IMG/VR virus record: IMGVR_UViG_3300037847_002883
From: an uncultured virus (IMG/VR IMGVR_UViG_3300037847_002883)
Taxonomy: Duplodnaviria > Heunggongvirae > Uroviricota > Caudoviricetes
Length of the DNA stretch: 64,000 nt
Reading direction: 5' to 3' (one strand)
In this document: piece after piece, positions 56,475 to 64,000 of the stretch
Numbering within the stretch: position 1 is the first letter of the stretch
Layout of the letters: each line of letters opens with the position of its first letter
The notes under the pieces: generated by a model
What the model saw: the letters and a program-made list of their open reading frames with translations, nothing else
Told to the model about the DNA's origin: nothing
The model's database searches: none
Position numbers and translations under genes: made by a program

Positions 56475-57318
56475 ATGTGGTAGCAACAATAACTCATTTG
56501 ATGAGATACAAGGCGAAAGAATTTGTAATGACTGTGGGCTTATCTTAGTCCAAGAGATGTTTGAAGAAACCGTTCACATTTTAGATACGGGCGGGAACCT
56601 CAAACATTCTGCTGATAAAGGCAGATTAGGTTCTGTTATTACAGGTAAAGGTTCTTACAAGTTTAATAAGTTCGGTAAGAATAGCGTAATTCCTCAGCAT
56701 ATTCAAAATGCTCTAATGCATTGTAATATGATTTTGGCTCATGTTGCTCCTAATTTGGGATTGAATGAGCGTGTTGAGAAACTGTATCTTGATTTACATA
56801 GTAAGGGCGTATTCGGAAGAAGTCAAATTGAAGCAAGAGCAACAGCAGTTGTCTTTTATGCTTTGAGAGAGAATGGAACGCCACATACCTTTGCAGAAGT
56901 TTCTGCTGAATTTGATGCTAACTTAAAATCAGTTAAGAGATTAGTTAGAAAGATTAACCAAGTCTTTAGAAACAAAGCAGGTTATAGTCCTGTTAATCCA
57001 CAGTATCTTTTAGAGAAAACTCTCAATGATATTACCGATGATTTGGTGTTTAGGAGACAAACTATCAAGGTGTTGGAGTTCTTTGAAACAAAGGTAGCGC
57101 AAAATACCTTCAACAAGGGAAGGTCATATTATGCTTCTATTATTTGGATTTCAGCAAACATGAATGTGAACACATTGATAACTCAAAATCTAATCACAAA
57201 GAAAACGGGGTTCTCTCGTTTCAATATTAGACGACAAACAAAAGCAATTCTATCTATGATTGGTTTAGAACTAGCCAGTCAAGTAAAAGGAAAACAATTA
57301 AGCGAACTAGGTGAATAA
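56458..57318 (+). CDS. tfb: Transcription initiation factor TFB/TFIIB-like protein
   Basis: N-terminal Zn ribbon CDECG...CNDCGLI, then cyclin-like repeats (GRSQIEARATAVVFYALR; GRSYYASIIWIS). Confidence 0.8.
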   Translation: MMICDECGSNNNSFDEIQGERICNDCGLILVQEMFEETVHILDTGGNLKHSADKGRLGSVITGKGSYKFNKFGKNSVIPQHIQNALMHCNMILAHVAPNLGLNERVEKLYLDLHSKGVFGRSQIEARATAVVFYALRENGTPHTFAEVSAEFDANLKSVKRLVRKINQVFRNKAGYSPVNPQYLLEKTLNDITDDLVFRRQTIKVLEFFETKVAQNTFNKGRSYYASIIWISANMNVNTLITQNLITKKTGFSRFNIRRQTKAILSMIGLELASQVKGKQLSELGE

Positions 57319-57319
57319 T

Positions 57320-57643
57320 ATGTTTGAAAAGGAATGGAATAAAATAGCAAAGAAAGTATATAAGAACGCAGTTAATCATGGGTTTTGGAAAGAAACCCCG
57401 AATGATGGTGAACGCATGGCTTTGATTCATGCTGAAATTAGTGAAGCACTTGAGGCTTTGCGTGATGGAAACCCGTCATCTTCAAAGATTATTGAGTTCA
57501 GTAATCTTGAAGAAGAATTAGCCGATGCAGTAATTCGTATTATGGATTATGCTTTCGGCAAAGATTTAGATATTGCAGGAGCAATTCTAGCAAAAATGGA
57601 ATATAATGAAAGCCGTGAATTCATGCATGGTAAAACATTTTAA
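57320..57643 (+). CDS. MazG-like NTP pyrophosphohydrolase
   Basis: LIHAEISEALEA...EEELADAVIRIMD...KMEYN. Confidence 0.85.
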   Translation: MFEKEWNKIAKKVYKNAVNHGFWKETPNDGERMALIHAEISEALEALRDGNPSSSKIIEFSNLEEELADAVIRIMDYAFGKDLDIAGAILAKMEYNESREFMHGKTF

Positions 57644-57655
57644 GGAGGAATAAAT

Positions 57656-58213
57656 ATGAGAAAAGTATTAGTAATTGGAGCAGGCGGAATTGGAAGTTTT
57701 CTAATTCCTACATTAGATAAAGTTGGTCTTTACCGCATTCATGTGGCTGACCCCGATGGTGTAGAAACAAAGAATCTACCTTATCAAAACTTTAAGAAAG
57801 GTCATGTTGGGCAGAATAAGGCTCAAGTAATGATGGATTCCTACGAATCTGTTAGTTCTTTCAGTAAATACCCAATTTTAACGGCAAAACAAATGGAGGG
57901 CTATGACCTTGTGATTTGTTGCGTTGATAACTTGGGCGTGAGGCGAACCTTATACAACACAACCCTTAAATGGCTTGACTTACGAGCGCAAGGCAGAAAT
58001 GCCGCCCTTGTGTCGCATAAGGCCGACCCGAAGATGTATGATATGCTCTTAGCAGGTGAAGAAGGTTCATTCAGTTGTCAAGGGGATTCTTGGGATGGAA
58101 CAAATAGTAATGTTCATTTTATGCAGGTCGCAATTGCAGGATTAGGCGCACAATGGATTCAAAGATACTTCAATGATGAAGAAGTGAGAGATTATATGGT
58201 GGTGAATGTATGA
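57656..58213 (+). CDS. ThiF/MoeB/E1-like adenylyltransferase
   Basis: VIGAGGIGS, D.D.VETKNL..Q, NKA, DLVICCVDN..VR. Confidence 0.85.
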   Translation: MRKVLVIGAGGIGSFLIPTLDKVGLYRIHVADPDGVETKNLPYQNFKKGHVGQNKAQVMMDSYESVSSFSKYPILTAKQMEGYDLVICCVDNLGVRRTLYNTTLKWLDLRAQGRNAALVSHKADPKMYDMLLAGEEGSFSCQGDSWDGTNSNVHFMQVAIAGLGAQWIQRYFNDEEVRDYMVVNV

Positions 58214-59253
58214 GCAAAAAAAGAAATTTTTGGACGGATGAACAGTTAGCGTTCCTTGTTGTTTGCAGAACGAAGAAGCAATCATGGGAGCAGATTGCTA
58301 ACTCTATGCAAGAGAAGTTCGGCTTTTGGAGAAGTCCCGCTAACATTGGCTCAAAATACCGTAGTCTATTTGATGGCGACCATGCCAAAGAATATACGCC
58401 CCAACAATCAAAATTCATTATTGATTGCTATTTGAATCACTTCCAGACAAAAGTGATTCTTGATGGTTATTTTGAACAGTTTGGTCAAAACATCAAGGAA
58501 TCAGATATTGATGATGTCGTCAAAAAGCATCTAGCGACAGAAAAGAAAGTAGATGCTGAAATCAAAACAATAAAAACAAAAATTAAGGAGAGAAAAAATA
58601 TGAAGAGAAACGCATGGACAAAAGAAGAAGATGAGCAATTGCTTGCTTGTGGTTCTTGGAAAGAAGCGATGGAATTGCAGAATGGTCGTTCAAGGACGGC
58701 TAAGAACAACCGTTGGGCTTTGCTACAAAAGCGAAGAAAAGAACAAAAGAAAGGCGCAAAGCGTGGACGAATGACAAAGGCTGAATTAGAAATGATTCGC
58801 AATTGTAAAACTGTTGAAGAAGCATTGGCATTGAATTTGCGAAAGCCCGAAACAATTATTCGGCAATTTACTACTTTCAATTCAAAGAAGAAAGAAGTTG
58901 TGCTTGCTGTTGAGCCTAAGCCAAAGAAGGAGCGTAAGCAATATGCCCCTCGTTGGACGAAAGAAGAGGATTATGACCTAATCTTGAACTTTTACGAACT
59001 TTCAATTGACGAAGCCCGAAACCGATTTAATCGGTCATACGGGGCTATCGCAACCCGCTTAGAAAAGTTGGTTGATAGCACAAAGCCTGAGCATATCTCT
59101 ATGCTTATGGAGGCTTCTAAGGAAATCAAGAGTCGCAAGAAGGCACAGAACCCAACGCCCAAAAAGAGCCGCAGAACGCTACGGAAGGAGCGAAAGAAGG
59201 CTAAGAAAGAGGCTAAGTTGAAGGCCAAGTTGCAGAAAATCCGAGGTGAATAA
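58210..59253 (+). CDS. Myb/SANT-like repeat DNA-binding protein
   Basis: Repeats WTDEQ, YTPQQ, WTKEED, MTKAEL, WTKEED each followed by helix and R-S/T/K; basic tail. Confidence 0.65.
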   Translation: MSKKRNFWTDEQLAFLVVCRTKKQSWEQIANSMQEKFGFWRSPANIGSKYRSLFDGDHAKEYTPQQSKFIIDCYLNHFQTKVILDGYFEQFGQNIKESDIDDVVKKHLATEKKVDAEIKTIKTKIKERKNMKRNAWTKEEDEQLLACGSWKEAMELQNGRSRTAKNNRWALLQKRRKEQKKGAKRGRMTKAELEMIRNCKTVEEALALNLRKPETIIRQFTTFNSKKKEVVLAVEPKPKKERKQYAPRWTKEEDYDLILNFYELSIDEARNRFNRSYGAIATRLEKLVDSTKPEHISMLMEASKEIKSRKKAQNPTPKKSRRTLRKERKKAKKEAKLKAKLQKIRGE

Positions 59254-59255
59254 AC

Positions 59256-59840
59256 ATGGGAAGAATTAAAGATAAAATGATTAAAGACGGTGATGACGAC
59301 GATGATGATGGTTATGACCATTATGAGATTGAACAAGCAGAATTGGAGTATTTTCGTCAAAAAGCAATTGATGACATTAAGGCTCACTATGAGATTCTTT
59401 TGAACGAACAGTTGCGTTCTTGCGTTGGCCCAAGAGAAAAACTAGAAGGTGTTGCTATGCATTCTTTAGCATTTCATGACACTATTTGGCAAGCATCTAC
59501 GGAAACTCTTCCTAATCTTGAAGTGCAGGTTGTAATTGATGGAAAGAACAATTGTTTCGTTTCAACGGGAAGTCCGGGTTTTGTTGATTTCTTTGAGCCT
59601 CCAATTGGTATGACTCTTCCTATTCGTTGTTGGATTCATACTCATCCATTTGGTGCTGCTTATTTTAGTGGAACTGATATTCGGACTGTTTCTATCTGGG
59701 AACCAAATATGGAATGTGCATATGTTCTTGGTGGAACTGGGCATTATGGTTTTTGGGAGAGTCGCTTTGAACCTAAGCAATTAGGAATCTATGTGAACAA
59801 TGAAGAACATGAAATCCAAACATGGGGTGAAGAAGAATGA
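59256..59840 (+). CDS. JAB/MPN+ (JAMM) metalloprotease
   Basis: LEVQVV ... WIHTHPFGAAYFSGTD (E...HxH-x7-S-x2-D). Confidence 0.85.
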   Translation: MGRIKDKMIKDGDDDDDDGYDHYEIEQAELEYFRQKAIDDIKAHYEILLNEQLRSCVGPREKLEGVAMHSLAFHDTIWQASTETLPNLEVQVVIDGKNNCFVSTGSPGFVDFFEPPIGMTLPIRCWIHTHPFGAAYFSGTDIRTVSIWEPNMECAYVLGGTGHYGFWESRFEPKQLGIYVNNEEHEIQTWGEEE

Positions 59841-60124
59841 GTAAGAGAATTAAAAGCGGTTTAAGCACCGCCGCAAAATATCCAGATAGACCGATGAGAG
59901 AAGCCGAAAAAATTTCTTTGAAGAAAAGAGCCGAGCGACACACAAATGCTCATCCTAATGATAAGAACACGCTAAAGGAAAACAAAGGTGTTCAATGGGC
60001 AAAGTCAAGAAAGACTGAGCGAGATAAGAAATTGAAGCAGTTTTACAAAACTCATGTTTATACTTGGGTTTCCGAAAACCGCCGAGCATGGGTCGCTATT
60101 CCTCCAATGGAGGAAGAAGAATGA
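59837..60124 (+). CDS. Basic hypothetical protein
   Basis: Coupled ORF. Confidence 0.55.
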   Translation: MSKRIKSGLSTAAKYPDRPMREAEKISLKKRAERHTNAHPNDKNTLKENKGVQWAKSRKTERDKKLKQFYKTHVYTWVSENRRAWVAIPPMEEEE

Positions 60125-60339
60125 AGGCTTTGGGCAATTATGCAGTAATTAAACTGGAAAATTCAGTATCTGCATCAGGTATTCAGGTTAAAATTGATAG
60201 CACAGGTATTGTGCATTCTTGTCCCTCAATGCCCGAAGTGGAAGGTAAATTGGTTCTATTTGACGATAGACACCGTTTCGTGACTCACGAAGATATGATA
60301 GTTGTTTCTGTTGAACATTTATTGGGAGTGATTGAATGA
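60121..60339 (+). CDS. groES: GroES-like co-chaperonin
   Basis: MKALGNYAVIK...SASGI...G.V...G..VLF...LLGVIE, directly before GroEL. Confidence 0.75.
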   Translation: MKALGNYAVIKLENSVSASGIQVKIDSTGIVHSCPSMPEVEGKLVLFDDRHRFVTHEDMIVVSVEHLLGVIE

Positions 60340-61859
60340 TTTTGAATGGAGAAGAAGTAAAACAAAAGTTGCTACAAGGCATTAACTTGGTTGCTGATAC
60401 AGTTAAACCAACATTAGGGCCACAAGCAAAAACTGTGATTTTACAGGGTAATCCTCCTGTTGTGATTAACGACGGAGTGACGATTACAAAATATATTTCC
60501 CATGACGACCCTTATGTTCAAATGGGAGTTCAATTAGTTCAAAATCTAGCAAGTAAAGCCCAAGAAGGTTCAGGCGACGGAACCACTACTGCTTGCATTC
60601 TTGCACAGGCTTTTTGTAATGAATTAATGAAGAATGAAGAACACATGACTACACATGACTTTAATCTTCTAATGGAATCTCTTCGTGAGCAAACCATTAG
60701 TTTCTTAGATAGTATCTCTATGACTGTTGATGATATGGATATTTTCAATGTTGCTACGATTGCCGCAAACAACGATGCTTCTTTGGGTTCTTTAATCAAA
60801 GAAGCATTTAATACGGTTGGTCGTGATGGTGTGATTACTGTTGAAGAATCTAATGATTATCAAACTCAATTGATTCTTCGTGAAGGTATGGAAATCCAAG
60901 AAGGTTATTTGAGCCATCTTATGTGCAATACGGAAAGTGGAAAGGTAGAGTTTAATAACCCTGTTGTTTTCATGTCAAATATGAGCCTTCGTCATTTCAA
61001 GGACATTATGCCTCTGCTTGAATATTCAGCGAGTCAAAGCCGACCTCTTTTGATTATGTGCAAAGGTATGGATGGTTCAGCACTTAACAATTTGATTATG
61101 AATCTAATCAATAAGACTGTTGAATGTGCAGTAGTTATGGCTCCTAATTTCGGAGATGCTCAAATTGATGAGTTGTCGGATATTCAGTCTTTAATTGGTG
61201 GTAAAGTCTTTGTTGAAGAAAGCAAGGACGATTCTAAACTCTTTACTGAAACTGATTTGGGAACCTGTTCTAAAGTCATTATCACAAAAGAAACCACGAC
61301 CTTTATTGGCGGAGAAGGCAATACCGAAGATAGAATCAAAGCCCTGAAAGAACAGGCACTTGATTTGAAAGGGCATGACTTGGCTCGGATTAAATCAAGA
61401 GTAGCCCGCCTCAAGGGTGGAATTGCTACTATCAAGGTTGGTGCTTCTTCATCAATTGAAATGCGAGAAAAGAAAGAACGACTTGATGATGCACTTCACG
61501 CAACAAAAGCCGCCTTAGAAGAAGGTATTGTTGTTGGTGGTGGTGTTCCATTTATTCGTCTTGCTTATGCCATTGAAGCACCCGAATGGTTTAGAAAGTC
61601 TGTTGTAAAACCTTATCGTGTTTTGATGGATAACGCAAACTACACCGAACAAACAAGAGTTGTGGGTTTTGAAATTGAAAAGACAATTGATGGAACAAAT
61701 CCTAACTGGGGATTCAATGCCGTTTCATGTCAGCATGAAGATTTGTTTAAGGCGGGAGTCTTTGACCCTGTGAAGGTTTCTAAGAACAGTTTCTTAGCAG
61801 CATTGTCAATTGCTCAGTTGTTTTATTCAACAGATGTAGCAGTATTAGTGGAGGAATAA
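60336..61859 (+). CDS. groEL: Group I chaperonin GroEL
   Basis: TLGP, NDGVTI, GDGTTT, GRDGVITVEE, APNFGD, GGIATIKVGA, EKKERLDDALHATKAALEEGIV. Confidence 0.92.
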   Translation: MILNGEEVKQKLLQGINLVADTVKPTLGPQAKTVILQGNPPVVINDGVTITKYISHDDPYVQMGVQLVQNLASKAQEGSGDGTTTACILAQAFCNELMKNEEHMTTHDFNLLMESLREQTISFLDSISMTVDDMDIFNVATIAANNDASLGSLIKEAFNTVGRDGVITVEESNDYQTQLILREGMEIQEGYLSHLMCNTESGKVEFNNPVVFMSNMSLRHFKDIMPLLEYSASQSRPLLIMCKGMDGSALNNLIMNLINKTVECAVVMAPNFGDAQIDELSDIQSLIGGKVFVEESKDDSKLFTETDLGTCSKVIITKETTTFIGGEGNTEDRIKALKEQALDLKGHDLARIKSRVARLKGGIATIKVGASSSIEMREKKERLDDALHATKAALEEGIVVGGGVPFIRLAYAIEAPEWFRKSVVKPYRVLMDNANYTEQTRVVGFEIEKTIDGTNPNWGFNAVSCQHEDLFKAGVFDPVKVSKNSFLAALSIAQLFYSTDVAVLVEE

Positions 61860-62081
61860 ATATGGATAAAGAGATTGTAAGAATGACTACCGTTTATTCG
61901 GATGGGACTATGTGTATTCTCATTAAAGAAGATGATGGTCGTTTGAGAGTTGAATGGAGGGAACGCTGATGGAATGCCCTAATTGTAAAAGAAGCATTAT
62001 GCCCTATTTTGGTGGGTATCATATGCGAAGATATGGTATGTGTCAAGATTGTTGGGAAGTAAAACTCAAGGAGACTAAGAA

Positions 62082-62480
62082 ATGAAAGAGAAAGCAATTA
62101 CTGTTGTTTTACCTGCGCCACATAAGCAAAGGATAAAATGCCCTATCTGTGAAGGAAACAAATGTAAAGTCTGCAATATGTCTGGGGAACTAGGTATTAA
62201 TGTAGCACCAAAAATTCCGATTCAAAGGGCGCATATCATCAAATATGTTGCTGAAAATATGCACGAAGTAGCAAAGGAAATTACTCGCAAATATGGTTTA
62301 GTGCCTGAAATTAATACGGCTGAAGTGATAGAAGTAAATGGAGGACAATTTGAAGTTGTTCAGATTTCTAGTCTTGGCGGTGTTTGTTGGGTTGTGAATC
62401 GCTTGGATGATTTAGATACTCCAAGATATTTTACATCAAAACAGGAACTTGACAAGTTTAAACAGGGGTGGATGAATTGA
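62082..62480 (+). CDS. Zn-finger hypothetical protein
   Basis: CPICEGNKCKVC. Confidence 0.55.
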   Translation: MKEKAITVVLPAPHKQRIKCPICEGNKCKVCNMSGELGINVAPKIPIQRAHIIKYVAENMHEVAKEITRKYGLVPEINTAEVIEVNGGQFEVVQISSLGGVCWVVNRLDDLDTPRYFTSKQELDKFKQGWMN

Positions 62481-62689
62481 CAGATGAATTGGAAGTTAAA
62501 GGAACCATAGTCCGTAATGCTGAACTGGACTGTAAAATAAAGCGTGGTGTCTATTGGAATATAGAGGTCGTGGATATTCGTTGGTATCGTAATGACAAAC
62601 CAACGAATAAAGGCATTCGTTTGAATGTTGATGAAGCAAAATTGTTATTACAAATTTTAAGGAGAGAATTAGATGAAGAGAGTAAGTGA
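62468..62689 (+). CDS. PC4-like ssDNA-binding protein
   Basis: VDIRWY...KPTNKGIRL...E signature. Confidence 0.7.
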   Translation: MDELTDELEVKGTIVRNAELDCKIKRGVYWNIEVVDIRWYRNDKPTNKGIRLNVDEAKLLLQILRRELDEESK

Positions 62690-62936
62690 TGTTCAATCAA
62701 AGAAAAGCCTACGGGCGGCAAATGAAGAAAGACAATACGGACATAACGCTGTTCCTCGTTTTGGAACTTGTGCTGGAAAGATTATTGATTTGTTTGCCAT
62801 TTATGTTGAAGAATGTATGACTGTTCCACCTAAAGGCGGAAGAGGTTGTCGTGTTCAAAAAGAACACATTGATTTGTGTTTTGGTAAGTTTTATCAAGCG
62901 ATGAGAGAATTTATGGATGGTGAAAAGAATGAATAG
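62673..62936 (+). CDS. Hypothetical protein, possible divergent histone fold
   Basis: 87 aa, short helix-long helix-RVQKEHIDLC. Confidence 0.35.
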   Translation: MKRVSDVQSKKSLRAANEERQYGHNAVPRFGTCAGKIIDLFAIYVEECMTVPPKGGRGCRVQKEHIDLCFGKFYQAMREFMDGEKNE

Positions 62937-63294
62937 ATATAATGAATTATTAGACTGGCTACAAAACGAACACAACGAAGTGTTTAATCAATGGGCGCAA
63001 ATAGAAGAAGTAATGCGTCTTGAGGAAGAACAAAAATTAGCAGAAGAACATTCTAGAAATAATAGAATGTTTGATTACTGTATTTCTATGTATAAGAAAA
63101 CATTTCCAAATACTTCACCAAGCATTTTAAATGCTATTGATATGATTAATGATTCAGTAGGTTTGGAATATTCATATAAAATGGACGCTATTCGTGCTTT
63201 GTTGCGTAATGATAGCGGAGTAATCTTTAGAGGTAGTGGTAATCTTTGGGGTAAATGGAAGCGTGAGTTTAAGGCATTGGAGGAAGAAGAATGA
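62929..63294 (+). CDS. Hypothetical protein
   Basis: ORF with GGTGA SD. Confidence 0.55.
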   Translation: MNRYNELLDWLQNEHNEVFNQWAQIEEVMRLEEEQKLAEEHSRNNRMFDYCISMYKKTFPNTSPSILNAIDMINDSVGLEYSYKMDAIRALLRNDSGVIFRGSGNLWGKWKREFKALEEEE

Positions 63295-63644
63295 ATAAAC
63301 TATATTTGATTACAACCAACAATAAGAAGTTTGATGCTTGGTCTAAGCAATTGAAGAAACAATTGAAGGGTATTGCTCTTGAGGCTTTTAGTGCAGGATA
63401 TAATGAAGTGGTGAATGGAAATTATTTGGCAAGAGCCTCTTTTGTTTGCTACTGGGAAATTCATGCAAACGATTCCTTAGCAAGATTAGCACCAGCAATT
63501 ACTCAAGCATCATTGATTCATATGTTGCATAGATTCATGGATGCAGGAATGCACGAAGAAGTGAGGATTGTTGAGCAATTAATGATGAATTTCTTGCGAC
63601 TCCTTCAAAGACTAGAAGGAGAGGAAAACAATGAAGAAGAGTGA
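63291..63644 (+). CDS. Hypothetical protein
   Basis: Coupled ORF. Confidence 0.55.
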   Translation: MNKLYLITTNNKKFDAWSKQLKKQLKGIALEAFSAGYNEVVNGNYLARASFVCYWEIHANDSLARLAPAITQASLIHMLHRFMDAGMHEEVRIVEQLMMNFLRLLQRLEGEENNEEE

Positions 63645-63873
63645 TTGGGTCTATCTAGCAAATGCTATGTGGACTTATTCGGAGAAGAATGAAGGAAGAA
63701 TCAGTAGCCTTCTAAAACAACTGATTAGAGAAATAAATAACAATAAGGAGATGATTGAAAATGACATGGGAAAATATGAGCAGAATGCTACAAGCGACAG
63801 ACCAATTGACACCGACTCAGCAGATAAGTCGGATTTCACGGGACTTGGAAACATTCACGACGGAGAAGAGTAA
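63631..63873 (+). CDS. Hypothetical protein
   Basis: GAGG SD; 3' part overlaps next ORF. Confidence 0.4.
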   Translation: MKKSDWVYLANAMWTYSEKNEGRISSLLKQLIREINNNKEMIENDMGKYEQNATSDRPIDTDSADKSDFTGLGNIHDGEE

Positions 63874-64000
63874 TCCTTCTTTGGTTTTGCAGATTCTTGA
63901 CAAAGATAAACTGGATGATGAGATTGATGGATTGATGTATGCTCACGATGATTTGGGCGAAGCAATTTATCACCTTGACCCATCAGCAGAAAAACAACGA
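63761..64000 (+). CDS. Truncated ORF, possibly N-terminal domain of a second DNA ligase
   Basis: Own translation MTWENMSRMLQ...HDDLGEAIY, open to window end; DLGE resembles ligase N-domain. Confidence 0.3.
   Translation, partial: MTWENMSRMLQATDQLTPTQQISRISRDLETFTTEKSNPSLVLQILDKDKLDDEIDGLMYAHDDLGEAIYHLDPSAEKQR

Noticed and set aside
60336..61859. Thermosome (group II) call
   Set aside because: Group I motifs and adjacent GroES
46754..61864. Recurrent GGAGGAATAAATATG and many proteins ending in EE/EEE as a protein motif or mobile repeat
   Set aside because: Explained by the SD site of the next gene overlapping the stop codon

Overview
A 64-kb slice of a large tailed (HK97-fold) virus of archaea. 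It most likely belongs to the magroviruses of marine group II Euryarchaeota/Poseidoniales; this is inferred from GAGGTGA-type SD sites, TATA promoters, a viral TFB, a class II RNR, a chaperonin and an ATP-dependent DNA ligase inside the head module. Bases 1-38.2 kb are a minus-strand morphogenesis block: head-tail adaptor, MCP, protease/scaffold, DNA ligase, portal, TerL, a Ras/Arf-like small GTPase with membrane proteins, and about 22 unrelated proteins that all start with M-(x)-W-x-x-[IL]-[IL]-K. Bases 38.3-42.9 kb hold 11 palindromic sites (CAAAG-n-ACCATATGGT-n-CTTTG) that separate mostly single-gene cassettes of either orientation, followed by an origin-like repeat tract at the strand switch. 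Bases 43.6-64 kb are plus-strand early/metabolic genes: 3 tRNAs, UvrD helicase, DenV-like glycosylase, NrdJ, TFB, MazG, GroES/GroEL, PC4, and a scattered ubiquitin-like set (Ubl-GG, E1/ThiF, JAB, possible E2). The best candidates for undescribed systems are the palindrome-delimited cassette array, the shared N-terminal capsid-cargo-like peptide, the Ubl conjugation set and the GTPase-membrane module. All assignments are by eye from motifs; no searches were run.
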